A DNA stretch of 51,533 nt from Thermoplasmatota archaeon (GTDB lineage: Archaea > Thermoplasmatota > Thermoplasmata > UBA10834): the NCBI GenBank assembly GCA_022848805.1, contig JAJISI010000002.1, positions 1 to 51,533 of the forward strand. The letters run 5' to 3'. Position 1 is the first letter of the stretch, and every line of letters starts with the position of its first letter. This document shows, piece after piece, positions 10,200 to 19,154 of this stretch. The notes beneath the pieces were generated by a model, which saw only the letters and a list, made by a program, of their open reading frames with translations, did not search any database and was not told where the DNA came from. The position numbers and the translations under genes are program-made.

Positions 10200-11086
10200 A
10201 GCTTAAGGAACTACCCGATGAGGAACTGTTCACACGTGGACACACCGCCTGCGCTGGATGCGGTGCAGCTATCGCTGTGAGAAACCTGATAAAGATCCTA
10301 GGAAGAAACACGATGGTCGTCAACCCCGCATGTTGTCTTCTGATTTTCGGCGCGACGTATCCGTACCTCGCGTGGAAAGTGCCGTTCCATCACGTGGCGT
10401 TCGAGAACACCGCTGCCTGCGCGACCGGGATGTCAAGGGCGATGAAGGTCCGTGGCAAGGAGGACACCGTCATCATGGGCATCGCAGGCGACGGTGGCAC
10501 CGCTGACATCGGCATCCAGGCCCTCTCAGGCGCCGCCGAGAGAAACGAGGACATGCTGTACGTCATGTACGACAACGAGGCCTACATGAACACCGGGATC
10601 CAGCGCTCGGGATCGACCCCATTCGGCGCGTGGACGACGACAACGCCAGTGGGCAAGGTGAAGGCGGGAAAGGCCGATTTCAAGAAGGACATGCCTCTCA
10701 TAATGATGGCCCACAACGTGCCCTATGTCGCGACCGCCTCGATAGGCAACATACAGGATTTCATAAACAAGTTCGAGAAGGCCAAGCGAATCAAGGGGTT
10801 CAGGTACATCCAGGTGTTCACGCCATGTCCAACGGGCTGGAGGCACGACACCGCGAAGACGATCGAGATCGCTAAGCTGGCCGTCGAAACCGGTATGTGG
10901 ACGCTGTACGAGTGCGAGAACGGCAAGGTCACCGTGAACCGGAAGCCCAAGCTGACGCCCATCTCCGAATACCTGAAGCTCCAGGGTCGGTTCAGGCACA
11001 TGAGCGAGGACGACGTCGAGAAGCTCCAGAATTGGGTCGTCAAGAAATGGGAAGCCGACGAGAAGTACGCTCAGTGCAGGCAGTGA
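10196..11086 (+). CDS. porB: Pyruvate/2-oxoacid:ferredoxin oxidoreductase beta subunit (TPP-binding)
   Basis: GHTACAGCG Cys motif and TPP motif GIAGDGGTADIGIQALSGAAERNEDMLYVMYDNEAYMNTG. The GTG at 10196 overlaps the porA stop (GTGA) and follows GGGGGGT. An alternative ATG lies at 10169. Confidence 0.9.
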   Translation: MKLKELPDEELFTRGHTACAGCGAAIAVRNLIKILGRNTMVVNPACCLLIFGATYPYLAWKVPFHHVAFENTAACATGMSRAMKVRGKEDTVIMGIAGDGGTADIGIQALSGAAERNEDMLYVMYDNEAYMNTGIQRSGSTPFGAWTTTTPVGKVKAGKADFKKDMPLIMMAHNVPYVATASIGNIQDFINKFEKAKRIKGFRYIQVFTPCPTGWRHDTAKTIEIAKLAVETGMWTLYECENGKVTVNRKPKLTPISEYLKLQGRFRHMSEDDVEKLQNWVVKKWEADEKYAQCRQ

Positions 11087-11111
11087 GTCGCCGTTCCAGA
11101 AACCCCTTTCC

Positions 11112-11954
11112 CTACAACCTCTTTCTCATCTCTGTCTGTTTGAGCGTCACCGCGAAATCGAACAGGTCGAGCATCCTACGGTTGGCGCTGTTGTCATCGA
11201 TGTTGTAGACCGCTATCTTGAATGTACCCAGCTCCCATAGGCGGTTCACGGCGAACTTCGCCAAGCAAGTGCCGACGCCTTCCCGTCTATGCTCTGGGTC
11301 CACGCCGAGGAACGGTATGAATCCCGTGCCTGCGACCCGCCTGAGCAGTGCGAACCCCTCGTCGCTCCTGTACATCTCGCAGGTTCTGGCCGACTCCTCA
11401 AGCGCGAACCGCTTCCGACGCTGCCAGCAGGTTCCGGCGTACGACCGCTCGTGAAGGGCCACGATGTTCTCCAGGTCAGATCTTCTTGGTGGCTGTCCGA
11501 ATCCAGCGAATTGAGTTGCGTTGCCCTCTGCCGAGAGGTAGGTCACTCTTGGGGTGTAGCCTAGTCGTTCATAGAGTCTCTCCGCGGCCAGGTTTCCATC
11601 GATCACCTCTAGGAGCACCTCCTCTGCCCCTTCTTCGTCGGCATATGTCTCCGCAGCCTCCATCAGCTTCGCACCGACGCCCCGGTTCCTCATCCGAGGA
11701 ACGACCCCCAGACCTCCAATCCATGCCTCCGTCCCATCCAAGACTGGGTTGACGTATCCGACGATTTCATCGCCTGAGAGCGCCACGATGATATCTTCCA
11801 GTTTGCCCCCAACCGATCTCATAAACTCTGCGAAGAACTCCCGAGACGATTTAATCGGGATGATGTAATCGGCGAATATCTCGTTCTGGGCATCTATCAG
11901 CGCGTCGAGCTGTTGCGGGGAAAGACGCCTCAGCACCAACTCGTCAGCCCTCAT
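11112..11954 (-). CDS. Tandem-GNAT N-acetyltransferase
   Basis: Two acetyl-CoA motif-A-like segments (PRMRNRGVGAKLMEAAE and PEHRREGVGTCLAKFAV) in one 280-aa ORF. It lies 13 nt downstream of lysS on the same strand. Confidence 0.7.
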   Translation of the reverse strand: MRADELVLRRLSPQQLDALIDAQNEIFADYIIPIKSSREFFAEFMRSVGGKLEDIIVALSGDEIVGYVNPVLDGTEAWIGGLGVVPRMRNRGVGAKLMEAAETYADEEGAEEVLLEVIDGNLAAERLYERLGYTPRVTYLSAEGNATQFAGFGQPPRRSDLENIVALHERSYAGTCWQRRKRFALEESARTCEMYRSDEGFALLRRVAGTGFIPFLGVDPEHRREGVGTCLAKFAVNRLWELGTFKIAVYNIDDNSANRRMLDLFDFAVTLKQTEMRKRL

Positions 11955-11967
11955 TTCCTGCCGCCCT

Positions 11968-13452
11968 TCACACGGACTCCGGTTTCATATGGGGGAAGAG
12001 GATGACCTCTTTGATCGAAGGTGCGTTCGTCAGGATCATGGCGAACCTGTCTATCCCTATTCCCAGCCCTCCTGTGGGGGGCAGGCCATACTCTAGCGCA
12101 CGCACATAGTCGCTGTCGATTGGATGAGCTTCCTCGTCCCCTTCCTGCTTGAGCCTGTCCTGTTCTCTGAACCTGCGCTCCTGCTCCACGGGGTCGTTCA
12201 GCTCGGAGAAGGCATTCGCGAGCTCCCACCCGTTTATGAACAGCTCGAACCTCTCCACGAGGTCAGGTGCGCCTCTCTTCTTCTTCGCGAGCGGTGAGAC
12301 ACCTACGGGGTGATCTATGATGAACACCGGGTCGATTAGGCTCGGTTGGATCTTCTGGTCGAATATCACTGAGATTACCTTGCCCATGTCCTGGCAGTCT
12401 TCTATGTCTCGGACTCCCAGTTGGACCGCTGCGTCCCTTGCGTCGTCGACGGTCTTGAGGGTCGAAACATCGAGACCAGTGTGCTTTCTGATCGCCTCAG
12501 TCATGGTGATTCGCGGCCACGGCTTCGCGAAGTTCAGTACATGGTCTCCATACGGGATCTTCTCTGTCCCTGTGATGTGCATCGCCGTGTCGTACATGAT
12601 CGATTCGGTCAGATCCATTATCGCGAAGTAATCGACGTACGCCTGGTAGAGCTCCAACGATGTGTATTCTGGATAGTGCTGGGCGTCAATGTCTTCGTTC
12701 CTGAAGTTTTTGCCGAACTCGTACACCCTTTCTAAGTTGCCAACGATGCATCTCTTGTGATACAGCTCAGGAGCGATCCTCAGGTAGAGGTCGATGTCCA
12801 GGTAGTTGTGGTGGGTGATGAACGGCCGCGCCAGCGCACCGCCGTACAACGGCTGGAGTATAGGAGTCTCGATTTCGATGAACTCCTTCTCGTTGAGCCA
12901 GTTTCGCATGAAGGCCACCAATCGCCCCCTCTTGATGAATCGATCACGGACATCCTCGTTCATCATCAGGTCGAGGTACCTCTGCCTGTACCTCATCTGG
13001 ACGTCCTGGAGTCCATGGAATTTCTCCGGAAGGGGCGTGAGCGCCTTGCTGAGCACCTTGAATTCAGCAACGGCGACGGTTATCTCCCCCATCTTGGTCC
13101 TGAACACGTTGCCCCCAACCCCGACTACGTCCCCACGGTCCATCACGAGAAAGAGTTCCCATAGGTCCTTGCCGATATCGTTCAGTTTGAAGTAGAGCTG
13201 GACCTTTCCATCTCGGTCCACCAAATCTGCGAAGCCCGCTTTGCCATGGATCCGTTTGGCCATCACACGACCCGCCACGGAAACGACCTTGTCGCTCTTG
13301 TCCTGGCCAATATCCGCGAACTCCTTCCTCACGCCTGCAGAAGTGTGCGTTCGCTCGAAGCTGTAGGTCTCGTACGGATCGAATCCCATCGACTTCATGG
13401 TCTCGAGATTCTTCCTCATCTGGGCCTTAAGGTCGCTCTCCTGTTCTGGCAT
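11968..13452 (-). CDS. lysS: Lysine--tRNA ligase, class II
   Basis: OB-fold N-domain (VSVAGRVMAKRIHGKAGFADLVDRDGKVQLY). Class II core motifs FRNEDIDAQHYPEYTSLELY and PPTGGLGIGIDRFAMILT. Confidence 0.92.
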   Translation of the reverse strand: MPEQESDLKAQMRKNLETMKSMGFDPYETYSFERTHTSAGVRKEFADIGQDKSDKVVSVAGRVMAKRIHGKAGFADLVDRDGKVQLYFKLNDIGKDLWELFLVMDRGDVVGVGGNVFRTKMGEITVAVAEFKVLSKALTPLPEKFHGLQDVQMRYRQRYLDLMMNEDVRDRFIKRGRLVAFMRNWLNEKEFIEIETPILQPLYGGALARPFITHHNYLDIDLYLRIAPELYHKRCIVGNLERVYEFGKNFRNEDIDAQHYPEYTSLELYQAYVDYFAIMDLTESIMYDTAMHITGTEKIPYGDHVLNFAKPWPRITMTEAIRKHTGLDVSTLKTVDDARDAAVQLGVRDIEDCQDMGKVISVIFDQKIQPSLIDPVFIIDHPVGVSPLAKKKRGAPDLVERFELFINGWELANAFSELNDPVEQERRFREQDRLKQEGDEEAHPIDSDYVRALEYGLPPTGGLGIGIDRFAMILTNAPSIKEVILFPHMKPESV

Positions 13453-13576
13453 CAGGCATCTCTCCTGCTGGGTGCGCTCTCATATCCTAAGGGCGTACTT
13501 AAACGTAATCCGCCCATCCTCAATTCCATGATCCGCTCACTATCGCTCGCTCTCATGTTTCTCACCAGAATTCGGT

Positions 13577-13604
13577 CGAAACCCGCCTATCTCGGCAGGT
13601 TTCG
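13577..13604 (-). terminator. Hairpin immediately after the receiver-gene stop codon
   Basis: CGAAACCCGCC-TATCTC-GGC(A)GGTTTCG inverted repeat abutting the TAG at 13605-13607. No clear oligo-T follows, so the terminator role is tentative. Confidence 0.25.
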
Positions 13605-13970
13605 CTAGCTCTTCTTATTAGCCTCTTCAATCGCCGCTAGAAGTTCTTCGATCCTGAACGGTTTTAGGAGAAATCCCTTGGCTCCAGCCGCCATGGCCTC
13701 CTTCTCGATGTGCAGGTCGGCACTGCCGAAGAAGACCGTGGCCGTAGGGTCTATGCGAAGAATTTCCTGTGTGGCGCTCACGCCGTCTCTGACGGGCATC
13801 CTCTGGTCCATGATGATGACCACGGGCTTCTCCTTCATGTCCCTGTATTTGCGAACTGCCTCTTCGCCGTCGGATGCAACTCCGATGACCTCGTGCCCGT
13901 TCGCTTCGAGTATGTCTCGATACAGTTCGACGATGAACTTCTCATCGTCGACAAGGAAGACCGTGACGAT
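13605..13970 (-). CDS. Stand-alone CheY-like response-regulator receiver domain, apparently initiated at a non-canonical ATC codon
   Basis: The first ATG (13838) lies 44 codons inside the domain. Upstream in frame is IVTVFLVDDEKFIVELYRDILEANGHEVIGVASDGEEAVRKYRD, then MKEKPVVIIMDQRMP (phospho-Asp) and GFLLKPF (conserved Lys). The in-frame stop is at 13998-14000. No ATG, GTG or TTG occurs between that stop and the DD pocket. GGAGGT sits 6 nt before the ATC at 13970. Confidence 0.65.
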   Translation of the reverse strand: MVTVFLVDDEKFIVELYRDILEANGHEVIGVASDGEEAVRKYRDMKEKPVVIIMDQRMPVRDGVSATQEILRIDPTATVFFGSADLHIEKEAMAAGAKGFLLKPFRIEELLAAIEEANKKS

Positions 13971-14156
13971 TCTACTACCTCCGAATGAGCCCCTTGCTCA
14001 GCCCGTCCTCGACGCCAGAACTCCGTCCGGCTTCCCGTGTGACTTGCATGGCCAGGTGGGATTGTACTAATTATCCTGTAACTTATATAATGATTTTCCT
14101 AATGTCGCATCCTCTTTTACCCGTCGTCGGCCCGTGCTCGCTGGAATCATAAACAC

Positions 14157-14164
14157 TTATATAG
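14157..14164 (+). promoter_or_regulatory. TATA box for sec61-beta
   Basis: ACTTATATAG about 30 nt upstream of the ATG at 14194. An identical ACTTATATA occurs at 14081-14089. Confidence 0.4.
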
Positions 14165-14193
14165 TGAAACCTGCAATTGAGCATCCGAGATTC

Positions 14194-14361
14194 ATGGCGA
14201 AGAACAAGAAGAACGAGGGTTTCCACTCGGCCGCCGGGCTGATACGGTACTTCGACGCCGAGGACGACAAGGCACTCAAGGTCAGCCCCTGGGCCGTCGT
14301 GGGCTTGTGCATAGCCGTTTCTGCCTTGGTGCTGATTCTCGGTACACTGTATCCGACATGA
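14194..14361 (+). CDS. Preprotein translocase subunit Sec61-beta
   Basis: MAKNKKNEGFHSAAGLIRYFDAEDDKALKVSPWAVVGLCIAVSALVLIL shows the family SAAGL.RYF motif plus a single C-terminal TM helix. The ORF-track GTG at 14134 would add 20 atypical residues. Confidence 0.85.
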   Translation: MAKNKKNEGFHSAAGLIRYFDAEDDKALKVSPWAVVGLCIAVSALVLILGTLYPT

Positions 14362-14635
14362 TCTGGCACGCGGCTCTTTCGGGAAGCGTATAGCACAGGA
14401 CTGTACACTGCGAGTCCGAAATCTGACGAAATCAATAAATATCATCCCCGCTCTCGCTCGTCCGCTCGAGGGATTGAACATGGCTAAATCGTCGACCGTG
14501 TTTGGTAGTCTTCATGCGTGATCTCGCATGGCCCAAACTGATTTCTCGAGACGTTGTTGATTCGTTGCCACTTCCCAGCGGGAGCTATGCCGAGGGATGC
14601 GGCGGCTTCAACATGGAACGATTGGAGGGATTGTA

Positions 14636-15502
14636 TTGACAGTGCTAAGAATAGCAGTTCCGAACAAGGGGAGACTGAATCAGAGCTCGGTACGGCTCAT
14701 GAACCGGATAGGGTTCCCCATCTCGGACTCCAACAGCAGAACGCTGATAGCTGAGTTCGGGAAGGGGCGATACCAGATCCTATTGGCCAGGGCTCAGGAC
14801 ATACCTGAGTTCGTCGAGATGGGCGTTGCGGACCTCGGCATAACTGGCCTCGACCTCGTGCTCGAAACGAACAGGAGCGTCGAGAGAATCAGAACACTCG
14901 ATTATGGGACGTGCCGGCTTGTCGTCGCCGTTCCAGACGAATCAGATGTGACTGACGCCACTCAGATTGAAGACGGGTGCACCGTCGCAACATCCTTCCC
15001 GAACTTAACCCAGGAGTATTTCTCGAACATCGGGAAGAACGTGAAGATCGCTACCGTGACCGGAGCGACCGAGGTGACCCCTCAGATAGGACTCGCGGAC
15101 GTGATCACCGACCTCACAGAGACAGGTTCGACATTGAAGCTCAATCACCTCAAGGAGGTGGGCGTGGTCATGGAGTCCGTCGCTGTGCTGATTGGGAACC
15201 AGGCGTCGCTCGAGGCGAAGGCTGGACGCGTCGAGGAGATTACTAGCGCCATAGATAGCGTGATCGCCGCCTCTAGGAAGAGATACCTGATGGCGAACGT
15301 CCCCAAGGACACCCTAGCTAATCTGGAGAACCTGATTCCAGGAGTCTCCGGACCTACCATAATGAACATCATCGGACGGGAGGACTTGGTTGCCATTCAC
15401 GCTGTCGTCAGCGAGGACGCGGTGAACGGAATAATCGCGGTTCTCAAGGAAATAGGCGGAACGGGAATCCTAATAGTCCCAATCGAAAGGATGGTACTCT
15501 GA
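14636..15502 (+). CDS. hisG: ATP phosphoribosyltransferase, long form with C-terminal regulatory domain
   Basis: LRIAVPNKGRL N-terminus and a HisG_C-like tail (GPTIMNIIGREDLVAIHAVVSEDAVNGIIAVLKEIGGTGILIVPIE). TTG at 14636 lies 6 nt after GGAGGG. An alternative ATG lies at 14597. Confidence 0.9.
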   Translation: MTVLRIAVPNKGRLNQSSVRLMNRIGFPISDSNSRTLIAEFGKGRYQILLARAQDIPEFVEMGVADLGITGLDLVLETNRSVERIRTLDYGTCRLVVAVPDESDVTDATQIEDGCTVATSFPNLTQEYFSNIGKNVKIATVTGATEVTPQIGLADVITDLTETGSTLKLNHLKEVGVVMESVAVLIGNQASLEAKAGRVEEITSAIDSVIAASRKRYLMANVPKDTLANLENLIPGVSGPTIMNIIGREDLVAIHAVVSEDAVNGIIAVLKEIGGTGILIVPIERMVL

Positions 15503-15503
15503 C

Positions 15504-16787
15504 ATGCTGAGATACGATTACAGCTCGATGTCCGCCGACGACATAAGAAATGTGCTTCGGAGAGGTAGCACTTCGTTGGACCGTGCGGTCACGATCGTTC
15601 GCCCCATCGTCGAGGCCGTGCGGCGCGGAGGCGACCGTGCCCTGATGAGATATGCGAAGAAGCTCGATGGATTCAAGGGTGGGTCGTTCCTCGTTTCCAG
15701 AGGGGCTATGGAAGCTGCGATGTCGCGCGTACCCTCCCCGATCCTCGCGTCGCTGAAGCTCAGCAAGAAGAGGATACAGACGTATCACAAGAAGCAGCGT
15801 CTGAACGCCTTCGAGTTCGAGGATTCTTGCGGGATATTCGGTCAGAAAGTCGTACCTCTTGAACGAATCGGCATATACGTACCTGGGGGAACCGCAACCT
15901 ACGCATCCTCCGTTCTGATGACCGCGGTGCCGGCCAAGGTCGCTGGCGTTGAGGAGATTGTGATGTGCACGCCGGCAGGAAACGGCGGGGTCGACGATGC
16001 CGTTCTCGCAGCAGCTTTCATCGCTGGCGTGGACGAGATATACTCCGTTGGCGGAGCCCAGGGGATCGCCGCGATGGCTTACGGGACCGAGAGTATCTCA
16101 ATGGTGTCAAAGATTGTCGGTCCCGGCGGGTCAATCGTCAGCGCCGCCAAGATGATGGTCCGCTCTGACTGCGAGATCGATTCCATTGCTGGCCCGTCGG
16201 AAGTGCTCATAATCGCCGACAGCACCGCAGAGGCTACGCTCGTTGCCAGTGAGATGGTCGCGCAGCTTGAACACGATCCAGCGGCAGTCGCAGTCTTGGT
16301 CTCAACCTCTTCTCGCCTGCTCGACAAGACTCTCCTGACGCTGAAGCAGATGATCGGGCGGGCAGGTCGCAGGGACATCTTGGAGAGATCATCCGATGAA
16401 GGGGCCATCTTCCTCAAGGTGAGAAACAAGTCTCAGGCGGTGGAGTTCTCGAACGCGTACGCTCCAGAGCACCTCCTCGTGGACACCAGGAATCCGCGCG
16501 AGCTTCTCAAATCCATTCGAAACGCCGGCTCGGTATTTCTTGGCCAGAGATCCTCGGTCGCCTTTGGCGACTACTGCTCTGGACCAAACCACGTTCTACC
16601 GACGATGGGGACCGCCCGGTCAAGATCCGCTCTATCTGTGTACGATTTCCTGAAGATAGTTCCTTATCAGCTGTTGAGCGTGCGGGGGGCGGCCACGCTC
16701 GCTCCTGTGGTGGAAACGCTGGCAACGGCCGAAGGCCTGCCAAACCACGCCATAGCCGCGCGCTTGAGAGCCGGGGGTGACCGCTGA
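15504..16787 (+). CDS. hisD: Histidinol dehydrogenase
   Basis: Family motifs IYVPGGTATYASSVLM, GGAQGIAAMAYGTESI, GPSEVLIIAD and GDYCSGPNHVLPT. Confidence 0.95.
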   Translation: MLRYDYSSMSADDIRNVLRRGSTSLDRAVTIVRPIVEAVRRGGDRALMRYAKKLDGFKGGSFLVSRGAMEAAMSRVPSPILASLKLSKKRIQTYHKKQRLNAFEFEDSCGIFGQKVVPLERIGIYVPGGTATYASSVLMTAVPAKVAGVEEIVMCTPAGNGGVDDAVLAAAFIAGVDEIYSVGGAQGIAAMAYGTESISMVSKIVGPGGSIVSAAKMMVRSDCEIDSIAGPSEVLIIADSTAEATLVASEMVAQLEHDPAAVAVLVSTSSRLLDKTLLTLKQMIGRAGRRDILERSSDEGAIFLKVRNKSQAVEFSNAYAPEHLLVDTRNPRELLKSIRNAGSVFLGQRSSVAFGDYCSGPNHVLPTMGTARSRSALSVYDFLKIVPYQLLSVRGAATLAPVVETLATAEGLPNHAIAARLRAGGDR

Positions 16788-17851
16788 TGCCATCAATCGG
16801 AGAATTGAGGAGAAGAGCGCTGGAATCACTGAGCCGTCCATCATATTCCCTCGTCGACGAGAATATAATGGTGTTGAACAACAACGCAAATCTGTTCGGC
16901 ATTAATCCAGCTGTGAAAGAGGTTGCAGAGTCGTTCGACTTCTCGAAACTCTGGGCTTATCCAAGCGAGAACTCGGATGCCCTGAGGCTGCGCCTTGCGT
17001 CGGAATTCGACGTATCCCCGACCGAGATAATCGTCGGAAACGGATCTGACGAGTTGCTGGATATCGTCTGCAAGAGTTTCATCAATCCTGGCGATGTCTT
17101 CTGCCAACCCACACCCACGTTCAGGATGTACAAGTTCTACGCCCAAGTAAACTTCGCATCGGTTGACGAAAAGGAATTGAACGACGATTTCTCCCTTCGA
17201 ACCGATGAAATAATCGTGGCGCGGGCAAAACTCGTCGCACTCTGCCAACCCAACAATCCAACGGCCAACCTTTTTGATCCGAGAGACGTGAGGAGGATCC
17301 TCTCCGAGTCGGAAGGGATAACAATCCTGGACGAGGCCTACTCGGATTTCTGTGATTCCGACATGCTCGCAGATGTGATGAAAAGCGAGAGGGGGATCGA
17401 CATAAGAACATTCTCCAAGGCATACGGACTCGCAGGTCTTCGTGCTGGCTTTGCCATATCCCGTAAGGAGATTGTAGACGAGCTGAGACGGGTCAGGACG
17501 CCGTTCGGTCTCAATTCGTTCACCGAGGCGGTAGCTATCGCTGCGCTCGACAGTAAGGGGTGGGTTACGGAGAAGATTCAGGAGATGAAGGTGGAGCGGG
17601 AGCGTCTGTCAAAGCAGATGCAGTCGCTAGGCTTCCAGGTCTATCCTTCGGACTGTAACTTCCTGCTCTGTAGATCACCAGTTAGCAGCGCCAAACTCGT
17701 CGGAGCCCTCGAGGCGCGAGGAGTGGCAATCAGAGACTTCGGGTCGTATCCTCTTCTTGAGAACCACGTCCGCGTGACGGTTGGACCGAGAGCGTTCATG
17801 GACCGTTTTCTTGAGATTCTGCGTCCGCTTATGGCTGAGGTATCGACATGA
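16787..17851 (+). CDS. hisC: Histidinol-phosphate aminotransferase
   Basis: Class II aminotransferase layout with NPNNPT-type motif (QPNNPTANLF) and PLP lysine context RTFSKAYGLAGLRAGF. ATGA overlap with hisD. Confidence 0.9.
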   Translation: MPSIGELRRRALESLSRPSYSLVDENIMVLNNNANLFGINPAVKEVAESFDFSKLWAYPSENSDALRLRLASEFDVSPTEIIVGNGSDELLDIVCKSFINPGDVFCQPTPTFRMYKFYAQVNFASVDEKELNDDFSLRTDEIIVARAKLVALCQPNNPTANLFDPRDVRRILSESEGITILDEAYSDFCDSDMLADVMKSERGIDIRTFSKAYGLAGLRAGFAISRKEIVDELRRVRTPFGLNSFTEAVAIAALDSKGWVTEKIQEMKVERERLSKQMQSLGFQVYPSDCNFLLCRSPVSSAKLVGALEARGVAIRDFGSYPLLENHVRVTVGPRAFMDRFLEILRPLMAEVST

Positions 17852-18447
17852 AGGTGACCGTTGCGGACTACGGAGTCGGCAACCTTCACAGCATCTCCAA
17901 GGGGCTCGAGAGGGTCGGCGCGGTCGTTGAGGTCTCGTCTGATCCAAGCGAGCTGGCGGACGCTAGGTGCATCGTCTTCCCCGGCGTAGGCGCGTTCGGG
18001 GCTGCCATGGAAGTCCTACGACCCGCGCTAACAGATATACGGACTGCGATACAGTCTGGGGTTCCAACCCTCGGTATCTGTCTGGGTATGCAGATACTAT
18101 TCGAGGGAAGCGGGGAGTCTGTCGGAGAGGGGGTGTCTGTCATCCAGGGGCGCGCAAGGAGGCTTCAAGCACCGAGGGTTCCGCACATGGGTTGGAACGA
18201 GGTGGTTCACTCCGGAGACGGGCTGTTCGAAGCAATCGATTCGGGGGAACAGTTCTACTTTGCCAACTCCTACGTGTGTTTCCCGACCGAAAAAGTCTCA
18301 ATATCGGAGACGGAATACGGTGAGAGGTTTCCATCAGCTGTGAGGAAGGGAACAATCTTCGGGGTGCAGTTCCATCCGGAGAAGAGCAGCGCTCCCGGTC
18401 TCAGGCTGCTCTCGAACTTCGTCAGGATAGCGGAGGAATCAGCATGA
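17848..18447 (+). CDS. hisH: Imidazole glycerol phosphate synthase, glutaminase subunit
   Basis: PGVGAFG, GICLGMQIL (catalytic Cys) and FGVQFHPEKS motifs. 4-nt overlaps on both sides. Confidence 0.93.
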   Translation: MKVTVADYGVGNLHSISKGLERVGAVVEVSSDPSELADARCIVFPGVGAFGAAMEVLRPALTDIRTAIQSGVPTLGICLGMQILFEGSGESVGEGVSVIQGRARRLQAPRVPHMGWNEVVHSGDGLFEAIDSGEQFYFANSYVCFPTEKVSISETEYGERFPSAVRKGTIFGVQFHPEKSSAPGLRLLSNFVRIAEESA

Positions 18448-19154
18448 AAGTCATACCAGCCGTGGATGTAAGGGGGGGAAAGAGCGTCCAGTTGGTCGGT
18501 GGAAAGCCCGGCACGGAACGTGTCGAGATCGAGGATGTCGCCGGTTTGGCCAGGAAGTGGCAGAAGGATGGCGCCGAGATGATACACATCATCGACCTAG
18601 ACTCGGCCATGGACTTGGGAAACAACGAGGAGCTGATTGAGAACGTGATAGGCGGTCTGTCCATTCCCGTTCAAGTCGGTGGCGGCATCAGGACCGCGGA
18701 CAAGGTCCACAGGTTGTTCGAGATCGGCTGCGAGCGGGTCATCATCGGCACCCGCGCGATCCAGGACCGATCCTTCGTCGAAGAGTTGGCCAAGCAATAC
18801 TCCGACGGTATAGTCGTCGCCCTCGATTCCGCTGCAGATCTGGTATTGATAAAAGGCTGGCAGGAGAGCTCTGGAAAAGACATAGTCTCTGTCGCTAAGG
18901 ATTTCGAATCGCTCCCTATCTGGGGCTTCCTCTACACAAACGTGGATGTGGAGGGGAGGTTGCAGGGCATCAACCCGATCCCGATAAGCAGACTCATACG
19001 GGCCACGGGGAAGCCAGTGATCGTTTCAGGCGGGATAACGACCAAGTCTGATTTGGCGCTCCTCCGCGGAATGGGGGCCGATTCGGTCGTCGTAGGGATG
19101 GCTATCTACACGGGAGCGGTGAATTTCAAGAAAGTGGTGAGGGAGTTCAGTTGA
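18444..19154 (+). CDS. hisA: ProFAR isomerase
   Basis: IPAVDVRGGKSVQLVGG, VQVGGGIR and VIVSGGITT (beta-alpha barrel HisA signature). Confidence 0.92.
   Translation: MKVIPAVDVRGGKSVQLVGGKPGTERVEIEDVAGLARKWQKDGAEMIHIIDLDSAMDLGNNEELIENVIGGLSIPVQVGGGIRTADKVHRLFEIGCERVIIGTRAIQDRSFVEELAKQYSDGIVVALDSAADLVLIKGWQESSGKDIVSVAKDFESLPIWGFLYTNVDVEGRLQGINPIPISRLIRATGKPVIVSGGITTKSDLALLRGMGADSVVVGMAIYTGAVNFKKVVREFS

Noticed and set aside
14134-14193. A GTG-initiated 20-residue N-terminal extension of Sec61-beta.
   Set aside because: Family members start close to the basic MAKxKK segment. The TATA box at 14157-14164 lies inside the putative extension.
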